From positions 3,968,001 through 4,032,000 of the forward strand of contig CM120642.1 in the NCBI GenBank assembly GCA_051362555.1: a stretch of DNA of 64,000 nucleotides, in the 5' to 3' direction. A program made the translations under genes and the position numbers. The notes beneath the pieces are model-generated. The model saw only the letters and a list, made by a program, of their open reading frames with translations. It searched no databases and had not been told where the DNA came from. Origin of the DNA: Lingula anatina (lineage: Eukaryota; Animalia; Brachiopoda). Within the stretch, counting starts at the first letter, position 1; each line of letters begins with the position of its first letter. Positions 8,819 through 19,400 of this stretch are shown in pieces.

Positions 8819-9797
8819 TTATATCTCCGTCTCCAGTGTGGTTCCGATGGGTGTTGCACGATCTGGATTCTCTACCATTCTATCTACTAATCTAAGTTTA
8901 ATATATTTTATGAGTCTATGTACTAAATATATGATAGTGAAACTCGCTAAACTAGCCACTGCAGATGCCAAGCCAGCTGTAAGAAAGAAATAAAAGCATT
9001 TAGAAAATAAGCTGAATGGATTAAATGAACGCTCAATTATCTAAAGAGGCTACAGAATCATATATTCTTTCTTGTAATTCTATGGGTGCTAAATAACTAC
9101 TATTACTAAAATTACTCGCACTATTTGCCGAATTCGGTTCTACGCGTAATTGTAAACGTCGAAACATTTTTACAAAGTAAAATATAATGAAAACAATTAA
9201 GATAATTATTAAAAAACTAAAGCTAAGTGAAATGAAGTCCGATGCCTTCCATTCGCACGTACAGATAATTCCTTTATCATCATCATCATCAGCAGTCGTC
9301 ATCGGTACGTAGGTTTGAGATTGTGTAGTGGCTGGGGCAGCAGGGCGGTGTTCAAGGGTAGTGGTCATGTCTAGGGGTTCTGTTGTCAAGGGCATTGACG
9401 TCATTCTGTTGTTGCACAATATTTCCATGCCTGTATTTTGGTTTAGGTCGCAGGGTCCATTGAGTATAATCAATAGTTCTCCGTCAGGAAATATGTTGTC
9501 AACTACGATATCCTTGTCAATCACTTCATCTAAAACAATGACTCTGGCCCCTAAATTAAAACAAAAATCGTGCGTCAGCTCCTTTTTACGTGCCAATTTC
9601 ATCTCTGCTTGCATATTCAGAAATTAAGACAAAATCACAGTACGTTTGTTACTAAGTACATAATAGTTTTGCTTACCATAATATGTCTGGCCGTTTTCGA
9701 TCTCTCCTGTACATCTGACGATATAATCAGGAATTTCTGTCATACAGTCAGCAAACGCAGTGCTGAAAAGTGTGAGCAGTACAAACAGGGGAAACAT
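8819..9797 (-). CDS. Spliced type I membrane protein (exons 9797-9677, 9604-9263, 8976-8819; 206 aa). Intron-2-retained form ends at 9033 (230 aa)
   Basis: Exon 1 encodes a signal peptide (MFPLFVLLTLFSTAFA-DC...) and ends at G|GTAAGC; acceptor GCAG| joins in frame to ORF 9033..9614. A second T|GTACGT...TTTCTTTCTTACAG| junction is also in frame. Minus-strand AATAAA at 8719-8714. Confidence 0.72.
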
Positions 9798-10274
9798 TTT
9801 GCATGTGATTACGATGAAAGCTAGAGTGAAAATGAGGATTGTATCTTGTAAAATAGGGAAACTGTTATAAAATTTACAACCATGACCTTTGTTGATAGTT
9901 AGGAGGATTATCTTTGCACTGCACTGTCAGTGTGACGGGAAACTCATTAGGACCGTGGATAGGATTGACATCTGCGACTGATTTTGCCTTTGATGCGCCC
10001 GATTTATTACTCTTTTGAAAGTACAGTTTGTCCAAAGGCGTTAACGGCTATTTGCATTAGAGCGTTTGAAAGCCTAGTGTATTATCAACACATGTTCAAA
10101 TATTTCACCCTTACCCCTTGCTTACATAACACATGGTGCGTATCCACCTTATAATGTGTCTCGAGCAAATAAAATGAGTGTATTACTAACGATGGATTTT
10201 GAATTACCTTGCAATTATGCTGCACGATGTCGATAGAGGGAATTTAAATGGAATTTGACTACTGAAGACCAAGC

Positions 10275-10690
10275 TCAATAAACAAGTTATAAAATCCTTG
10301 CCTACGAATTTTAAAATTTCGGTGATCGATGAAAATAAATAATTTTTAAACTGATGCGTCGAGGTTGATATAAACACATATACGTAATTAATTAACAAAT
10401 TTTAAAATCCACGCCTACGATTTATGTAATTTCGTTGATCGTTAGAAATAAATAAATTTTAAAATGATAATCATAGTAACCAAATAAAACATATACGTAA
10501 CTAATAAACACGATTTTGAAATATGCGTCAACGGTCTTTAAATTTCATTGGTCGACAAAAATATAACGTTTTTAAACTGATGATCATAGCGACCATATAA
10601 ACACATATACGTAGCTAATAAACACAATTTTGAAATTTACATCTACGATTTTTAAATTTTATTGGTCGATAGAAATAAACAACTTTTTTA
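10275..10690. repeat. Internal diverged tandem array, ~3.6 x 113-115 bp, AT-rich
   Basis: CATATACGTA recurs at ~10377, 10490 and 10605; CCTACGA at 10301 and 10414. Confidence 0.8.
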
Positions 10691-10810
10691 ATTGGCCGAC
10701 GATCATGGAAAGTGAACTGCAATTGGTCATTTCAAATTTATAAAGGATGCGTTCTCTATAAATTTGACCATTCCTTCGACATTTTAACAAATTTGAAATC
10801 AGCGAGAGAG

Positions 10811-10954
10811 AGAGAGAACATATGAAGCCTCTGCTGCGACTTTGATCAAGACTTCAGTGGCTGCTCAAGACTGCAATAAGATAGAGAGAGCATATGAAGG
10901 CTCTGCTGCGACTTTGATCAAGAATTCAGTGGCTGCTCAAGATTCTACGATAAG
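10811..10954 (+). repeat. Two 72-bp direct repeats in a probable 5' leader exon
   Basis: CATATGAAG.CTCTGCTGCGACTTTGATCAAGA.TTCAGTGGCTGCTCAAGA at 10819 and 10891. Preceded by TATAAAT (~10757) and followed by the donor AAG|GTAAAT (10954/10955). Confidence 0.75.
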
Positions 10955-11174
10955 GTAAATAATCATTCGTAATGTTATTACTATAATTTTCACTTTTCGT
11001 TTTATAAAATTTTTATTAGATTCATTAAGTGGGTTAGAACTTATTTTCATTTTTAATTTCTTAATTTCCAGTGGGAACGTTGCAGAGATATTTCGTTTAC
11101 GATACCCCCCTAATGCGACTTGCCTTTAACTTCAGTATTATGTTGCATATTTTTGTACGTCAGTAGTTCTAGTT

Positions 11175-11492
11175 ATGGGAGATAACTATTCTACAGTTTG
11201 GTTAAGACGTCGTAATAACCCCAGATCTCTAAGTTTGTTAGCATCAAAAGCCATTGTAAATCAGACACATATAATTGAAAATTACAATTTATCAGACCTT
11301 ATCAACATAGCTAGTCAACTCCGAGACCAATACCTTTTAGATAAAGTTGTTCGCTACATTGAAAGGACATTTTCCTATCTTCCGAAAGAAGAAAAAAAAG
11401 AGCTAATAGCCGATCACGGGGTGCTTTTATTGGATCTCGTATTAGATAATTTAGCAGACATTAGAGAAGATTGTTTTTGTGGACATTTCTAG
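11175..11492 (+). CDS. Small helical protein with BC-box-like and BACK-like motifs
   Basis: PRSLSLLASKAIV fits [STP]LxxxC/Axxx[ILV]. NLSDLINIASQLRDQYLLDKVVRYIERTF resembles the helices that follow BTB domains. Confidence 0.55.
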   Translation: MGDNYSTVWLRRRNNPRSLSLLASKAIVNQTHIIENYNLSDLINIASQLRDQYLLDKVVRYIERTFSYLPKEEKKELIADHGVLLLDLVLDNLADIREDCFCGHF

Positions 11493-11621
11493 TGAGCGCG
11501 CACGAAAAACTCAATTTGTCTGTGCAATCTTTTCATTGATTACTCGTTGCTTTAGTTGAGATTGCAGTAGTAGAATTTTTACAAGTTAGTAGGGTCAGTT
11601 TCATATTTCATTGCGTTGACG

Positions 11622-14600
11622 ATGACTGAAAGAAACGATTCCTATTTACAAGGGGGTGATGGACAGGAAGACGAGGGAAACAATTCTTTAGCCCATTTAT
11701 GGGGAAGGGAGGACGAGTACGACGCTGATTTTTTGTCACGCGTCGATGCAATAGAGAGGGAACACTTTAACCCTCGAGATTACTATGTGTTGAATAGCAT
11801 AGGCGAACGTTACGTTCAAAAATTCCGCACCACTTGCCGTGACTATCGTTTAGGGTTCAATCGCCTAGATAGGGTGCCCGTTACTTTTGCAGTGCCATTA
11901 GTACGTGCTGTTTTTGACAGTATTTTCTCAGAAATAACAACTGGATTTCAGGGTTACGATTTAATCAGAGTAGTCCTTCAGAGTGACACTTTAGAACACC
12001 CTGTGTCCATACCCTTTGTTCGCGTGTCAGAATTATCCGCAGACCTATTTTTGTCTATACTGATGCGTGTGTTGCAAAGTCACGAAGATTTCAGGTTAGA
12101 CAGCAAAGTGATATTAACTATATGTCACGTAGCTATGCCACAGCCAGGCCTCGGTCACAGACGTAGAGGTTCTATGGGGGTGCAATCTTTCCTGAAAAAT
12201 AAGAAATCTGTCGTAACTATTCGTAATAGCGATGAACTCTGCCTAGCTAGGGCATTAGTCGTTGCTATAGCGAGGGCTGATCACTTGCCAAATTACAAAG
12301 AGATCGCCGACCCTCGTTGCACGATTCAATTAGAAAGAGCAATGGCTCTTCACGCGGCAGCCGGTGTACCTGAAGGTCCATGCGGATTGGAGGAAATTAA
12401 AAAATTCCAAGATCATTTGCGTGACTTTCAAATTATCGTTTTTTCTGGCGATCATTTTAATTCTATTATACACAAAGGCCCCACGCGACTACAACAGCTT
12501 AACCTTTTTCATCATAACGGACACTACGACGTGATCACTTCTGTCAAAGGTTTCATGTCGCGTTCGTATTATTGCGCCTCTTGTAACGTAGGGTACAATA
12601 TGGTAACCGATCATCTTTGTGCAAACAAATGCAGGTACTGCAGAAAGGGCACCGAGTGTGTTTTTGAAAATTGGACGCGGTGTGAAGACTGCAACAGGGC
12701 TTTTCTCTCCCGCGCATGTTTTGAATATCATAAACATGTGGAGAATGGGAAGTCAACCTGCAACACTTTTTTTACTTGCAAGAAGTGCAGCAAGTTTGTG
12801 GTTAAAACGAAAGAAAAAGATCACATTTGCTTCACGTATAACTGCACTACGTGCAAAGCACGTGTTAAACAAGGACACTTGTGCTACATGCAACCCTTGC
12901 AAAGTAAAAGTGGTCCTGCACAAGGTGAATCTAGCACCTCTAAAAAGAAAAAGAGAAAAGTAGAAAAAGACATGCCCTACGTTTTCTTTGATTTCGAAGC
13001 AATGCAAAAAGAGAATGGCGATCATAAAGCAAATTTAGTGGTCGCACACAAGGTGTGTAGGCATTGCATCGATAAAGAGGTCACGCCCACAAGCGAATGT
13101 ATCGTGTGTGGCAAAAATGAAAGGATTTTTAGTGGGGCAAACGCGCGAGACGAATTTTGTTTTTGGCTATTTGAAGGACAAGGGCAAGAAATTGTAAACA
13201 GGCGCAAACAAAAACGTATCGTCACAAGAAAAGAAAAAGAACGTCTACACGCTTTGCAAGGCGAAAATTATATCGATGACGAAGACCCTGTCGAAGACGA
13301 ACTTGAGAATATTTCCTGCGGTTGTATTGCTCTTGCCCATTATGCTAGCGGTTACGATTCGTATTACATTTTACAATATTTAAAGAATCAGGGTCTACTG
13401 CCAAAAGTTATACTTAGAGGTGCTAAATGCATTTCTATCGAAATTGGAGACATTAAAATCATTGACAGTTACAATTTCCTTCCCATGGCTTTGAGCAAAT
13501 TACCGTCGGCTTTTGCATTGGACAAAGGGTTAAGCAAAGGTTACTTTCCACACTTGTTTAACACGCCTGACAATCAAAATTACATCGGTGCTTTACCCCC
13601 TTCAAACTATTACGGGGTGGAGTCCATGACCGATAATGCACGGTCCGACTTCTTTAAGTGGTACGACGATCTCGTAAAACAGAATTATGTCTTTGATTTT
13701 CAGTCTGAAATTGTTAAGTATTGCAGAATGGACGTCGACATTCTACGCAGATCTTGCTTGAAATTCAGACAACTGTTTTTAGAGATCACGGGCGAAAAGG
13801 GTCAGCAAATAGAAGTGTTTCGATCAGCAATAACCATTGCAAGTGCTTGTAATGTTGTGTATCGCACCCTGTTTCTCCCTCACAAAACAATCGGCATTAT
13901 GCCAAAGGGTGGGTACAATCCTAGACACACTACCTCTGCAAAAGCCATAAGATGGTTAGCATACATTGCTCATAGCCGTGACATTCATTTAGAACACGCA
14001 CGGAATGGCGGTGAAAGAAAATTCGGCAATTATAGGGTGGATGGTTTTTGCCCCACCCTAAATAAAGTCTTTCAGTTTCACGGCTGTTACTGGCACGGTT
14101 GTCGCGATTGTTACGATCCCTGGAACATGAACAGTGTGCGTAACATGACCATGGGTAATTTGTTTGAAAAAACAATGAATGCTAGACACTATATAGAATC
14201 TCGAGGGTTACAGTACGAAGAGATATGGGAATGCGAGTTTGAGAGAAATCTAAAAGAAAATTCAGAAATGAAAACTTTCGTAGATTCCCTGGACATTGTA
14301 GACCCATTAAATCCCAGGGAAGCGTTTTATGGCGGGAGAACAAATGCGGCGCGTTTGTATTGCACGGCAGAGGGTGCCCAGAAAATTCGGTACATAGATA
14401 TAACAAGTTTGTATCCGTGGACCAACAAAATGTGTTCGTACCCCGTCCATCACCCCCATGTTATCACAGACAATTTTGTAGGTCTTGATCAATATGAAGG
14501 GATAGCCAAGGTCAGTGTGTTACCCCCTCGCGGATTGTTTCACCCCGTATTGCCCTACAGAAGTAATGGCAAATTAACATTCCCCTTGTGCAAAACTTGC

Positions 14601-15207
14601 GTTGAAAGTATGCAACAATCACAATGCGAACACACCGATGAGGAAAGAATTCTCACGGGTGCATGGGTTACTGCTGAACTTAAAAAAGCAGTCGCTAAGG
14701 GGTATCGTATCATCACCTTCCACGAAGTCTGGCATTATGACACCGTTAGCCGCTATGACGCAGGGACGAGAACAGGTAAGAATCTTCTTGCGACTATCTA
14801 TCATTTTTAATCTGGGCACCTTGTCCTGTTCTTTAATTATGACATCAGTAAATTTTTTTTTCAATGCCTCTCCTGGCGCTGTTCAATAATTATAATTATG
14901 TAAAATTTTTGTTTGCTGGTTCCCCATGAGCTGACAAAATGTTTATATTTTGTATCTCATTATTCATTTTCTATCGTTACAGGTGGTCTTTTTGCAGAAT
15001 ATATCAACACGTTCCTGAAAGTAAAACAACAAGCATCAGGTTACCCTTCTTGGTGTAAGACAGACGAGCAGAAACAACAATACATTGACGACTATGCCAT
15101 GCACGAGGGTATTCAAATGGACCCTGAGAAAATTGAGAAAAATCCTGGTCTGCGAGCACTGGCCAAACTCATGCTGAACAGCTTCTGGGGTAAGTCATTC
15201 TGTCATA

Positions 15208-15246
<39 letters not shown>

Positions 15247-16044
15247 GCACACACACATACACAAGAGGCTCACACTAGCGTATTGTGATTTTGTTTTATG
15301 ATGCGTCATGATTATTACAATTTACTTATTTTTTTCTTCTTCTATATTTCAGGTAAATTTGGTCAGAAGACAAACATGGACAAAACAGAATACGTGGGCG
15401 ATGTCGACGAGTATTTCGAAATTCTACTTGATAAGAAACTCGAAGTGAGCAACATTATGTTCTTAAACGATGACGTCGCCGAAATACGTTATCATCGAAC
15501 AAATCCCGCCGAAATATCCTCCGATAACACGAACGTTGTGATTGCGGCTTACACCACCGCACACGCTAGGCTCAAATTATACGAATCTTTAGAATTTTTT
15601 GGTGAAAATATTTTGTATTTTGATACTGATAGTATCATTTTCATTGACGACGGCAGTGACGAAACCAAAAATTATCTAAATTCTATTATGGGCACACATT
15701 TAGGCGATTACACAGACGAGCTTGAAGACGGTGATTACATCACAACGTACGTGTCTGGGGGTCCAAAAAATTATGCCTACCAGACTTTCAATGGCAAAAC
15801 TATTTGCAAAGTGCGTGGTATCAGTCTTAATTATACCACATCTCAAATAGTAAATTTTGAAACATTAAAGAAAATGATACACAAAGAAGGTCCAGAGAAA
15901 GTCACTGTGACCAATCACAATATTAGGCGTAACGTTGCTACAAAAGAACTCACTTCAAAATTAGAAGAAAAGACCTACAGAATGGTCTATACAAAGAGAG
16001 CAATAATGCCAGACGGAATTAACACATTACCATATGGTTATTAA
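11622..16044 (+). CDS. Protein-primed family B DNA polymerase, 3 exons (11622-14775, 14983-15189, 15353-16044; 1350 aa)
   Basis: ExoI FFDFEA, Exo[12 protein letters not shown], motif [10 protein letters not shown], motif [10 protein letters not shown]|KFGQ (restored by splicing), motif C YFDTDSI, GPKNYAY, KVRGI and LPYGY end. N-terminal OTU-like DELC...GHYD and a Cys-rich region. Both introns are GT-AG phase 1. Confidence 0.95.
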
Positions 16045-16204
16045 GAAATTTTTAGATAATTTGTAGTATTATTGTACATATTGTGTGTGTGTGTGTGTTT
16101 ATTTCAATAAAAATTATGTATACAATTCTATGTTGTTTTGCTTTACTTTATTTTGTATCTATTAATAAATATGCATTAAAGAATTGAAATTAACATGATC
16201 AGAC

Positions 16205-16455
16205 TTGCCCTGTGACGTCATAGCAAAACATAAACAAACGTCCCACATGTCCAGACGTGTCCAGCGACATCATCATTTTGTCACAACAAAATTCCGTTAC
16301 CATGGCAATACAAACATAAACATATTTGTTTACTTGTTACGTCATGTCCCATTGTACGCTATAATTTTTCTTTGTCCTGTTACGTCATTAAAACAAAGGG
16401 TTTTACGTCAATTAACGTCATTTCCTTTGTTACGCCAAAGTAGCCTCCTACTACT
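16205..16455. repeat. Right terminal/subterminal region (probable TIR)
   Basis: Ends in CTACTACT and contains multiple ACGTCA motifs. 16212-16252 (GTGACGTCAT..GCAAAACATAAACAA..ACATGTCC) is an imperfect reverse complement of ~171-222. Confidence 0.7.
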
Positions 16456-19400
16456 CCTGGCAGCTAAGAAATCTCAAATGCAACTTAATTTTTTCTTCCC
16501 TGCTACATGGTTTCTGTCCCAGGAAATAAAATCCATAAATCATCATCTTCAGTTTAAATTACTAAGCTTATTTTGCTTAAACATCTAAATAAGGCATGTG
16601 CACAATTAACTCCAAATGAGTAAATTAGTAAGGATAAAAAACTGTTGTTCAAAAGCAGCAGCAACAACAACAAAAAAAACAATGAAATGAATAACGCGCA
16701 TGCACTTGTAATACACAAGTGCTGCCGTGTTGGGTGGGATGGGGAAGTATGTAGTCATCAGTTTGCAATTTACGGATATTGGGTCATAAATATCAAAGGT
16801 AGATACTCCTGTGAATGTGACTAAAAAAAAATTCACAAACTAAAAGGGAATGCATTAATTGCAAACTTTATCTGGCTTTTATTTTTTACTTTTTCAATAT
16901 ATTATAACCTAACAATATGGTATAAATGACAGAATTAAGTAATTTGGACCCGTTTAATTTCTTTTTGGTGATAAGATGGACACTTTAAAATCTTAGTTTA
17001 ACCACATACTATATCATAAAGCTAAGGACAAATGCTGTCAAAAAAAGTCCACTGCATTTTGGCCTAAATACATTCCACCTAAAACTCAATAAAACTTCCT
17101 CAGACAACACATCTCAACCTGATGCACTTAATTCCAGCCACTTATTTCCCCCCATCAGAACACCAAAGGTCCTTATTTTCCCTCTTCTGATACATCCCCT
17201 GCCTCATTTCTCTTCCCTTTCACTCACTATTTAACACAAGCTAAGATGTTAAACAAAGATTTCTCAGTCGTGCAAATAACTTCTCTGCCAAGCAGCCATA
17301 CTTCAAAGAACAGATTCTCCCTCTGGGCATAACCCTGTTATACACTACCCCAAACAGGTGAAATCAAAATTATATTTTCTTTCATGTTAGGTAGACAGGC
17401 TTTGTCCAATACCACAGCAGTTGACAGAACATTTAAAGGCAGGTCTTCAAATATTTACACATATTTGTGATGATGTTTTCTTAACATTTTCAGATTGTTG
17501 GATGAAAAAATGTATCTGGGGTACATGTTCTATAACCAAAAGATGGCCAAACTTGTCAGTTCAGTTTTAATGACAATGGTACTATTCCATCTTCAGGGAC
17601 ATGTTTGTCAACTTTCAAGAAATAAAAATGTGTCCATAAGAAATATAGATAATTTTAATGCACAAACTCCTTTTGTACAGTATCTTCATAAAACTACACC
17701 ATTCTTCCTCTCCATGTGTGGTAAATACAGGTGAAAATATCTTATAGGGATAAATTATACTGATACTGTCTCTACTCAATTATTCGATAAAAAAAACTCA
17801 ATTTGTCCTTTTTTCTGCAATTTTCTCATGTAAAAAATCCTGAGAAGTTGCAGCATATATCGCTACAAAAATTATCAACTTTTTTACAAATTGTTTCATT
17901 TTTCAGAAACACATACAGCCTTGATACAGGGGAAAAATCCACATACCACTGTGCCACATTATAACTGAAACTTCTCTTAATATATTTCAGTAAAAGTAAA
18001 CAACGCAATGACATTCCCAATAATACACAAAACAGCCAATACACGTACTTACCAGTAGAAGAGACGTAATTTTAAATGCACATTTTTAAAAGTCCTTCTC
18101 ATATATTTCTAAGCAAATTTGCATATAACACATAAGAAAAAAATCAGGTTCAAATTTTTCTTCACAACAACATATGAAATTATAAAAGCAAATAAAACCT
18201 TACCTGCTGCAGGATCTTTTTCTCTTGACCTACTGTTGTTATGATCTCCTCTGTAAGTGAAGAATAAGATGTATTTGTACATACAGGTAAAACCTTTTGA
18301 ATGCTATTCTCTGATGATAGATCGTTCAGAGTATAAATTCCAATCAATCTTCACAAATAATATGTCCATGTTATCTTGTTGCAGTTCTCAACGTCTGTAA
18401 TCTTTTCACCTGTATGTCGACATACCAGAACATTGAGGTACTCTAGCTTCTTTTATCATCACAACACCAAGTTTTGATGAACCTGTATTCCTTAGATTAC
18501 GGCCGATTGAACTGGCATTGTCCGCTTCGCTTTGATATCAAATTTTTCTAATACAAAAATATGAAACGAGGGACATAATTAGATAATAATTTCCCTTTCT
18601 GTGATGCAAGTAGTACAAGATGGGGATAGGGTTACTTCAACAAAATAGCTCTCTGTCAAATGCCCCGATCAAATTGCCCAAATCAAGCATATGCAAAGCA
18701 TTGTTGTTGCTTACAGAGCGGGCCTTTCAACTCCGGTAATTCAAGTAAACATGCATACAGGGGTATTGTTGATCAAAGACGCCGTAAAAGGATAAGAGGT
18801 TATGTCTCTTGAGCTGTATCATGCTCCAAAATTAAAGTGCAACATTGTCAAGGGAATATGATTATGAAATTTGGCATAATATTACTATTGTGCAAAACGC
18901 TTGTATAGAACTGAAAATTGTAGTCACAATGTCTGAGTGTAAGAGAAAAGAAGCGCTTCATAGTCAAAACATACAACAAGTCAAGGGTCTCTCTCTTTTT
19001 TTGACCCGTGTGTATATGGATATGCTAGCACTGGTGCTTCTGACTTAAAAGCTAACAAAGGGCAAGCAAGTTATCAAGTCATGAATTAAATGGCATTATG
19101 TTTACCAAATACAGTAGTTTGAGTCAATTGAAGGCAGTAACTTCACACAATAACTGTCTCACGTAAAATGATGCTCAAATATGTAAGGAATCAGCGAAAT
19201 TGGCAATTGTAGGGCATAAATGGGTGATTTTATGTGACTCGTGTTACAACAATATTTAGTAAATAAAAAGTACCATTTGTGACTAAATAACCACTAGATC
19301 AAAATAAACATTTTATATAAAGTTGAAATGCTGACACACTTCAAAGCATATTTGTGTTGCATAATCCACAAGTAAATGGTGTGATTTTCTTTTTTGAAAA

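Larger units (their letters stand above)
1..16455. mobile_element. Maverick/Polinton (adintovirus-like endogenous dsDNA virus), left end outside window
   Basis: Co-occurrence of rve integrase, pPolB, A32-like ATPase, adenain protease, and major and minor capsid genes. The right end reads ...GCCTCCTACTACT (16455), matching the Polinton 5'-AGT...ACT-3' terminus. Gene-dense sequence gives way to intron-rich host DNA after 16455. Confidence 0.96.

Noticed and set aside
10811-10954. 24-aa repeat protein (ERTYEASAATLIKTSVAAQD...) encoded by the 72-bp repeats
   Set aside because: The frame is open but has an upstream in-frame stop (~10794) and no ATG or clear acceptor. Treated as untranslated leader.
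14776-15352. pPolB as a fragmented pseudogene in three ORFs
   Set aside because: The gaps have canonical GT-AG ends with pyrimidine tracts, and splicing restores conserved motifs exactly.
260-16588. Short antisense or overlapping ORFs within viral genes (e.g. 260..583, 2468..2845, 3705..4205, 9328..9627, 12619..12963, 16205..16588)
   Set aside because: Shadow frames of real genes or terminal repeats, without motifs. The last one crosses the element boundary.
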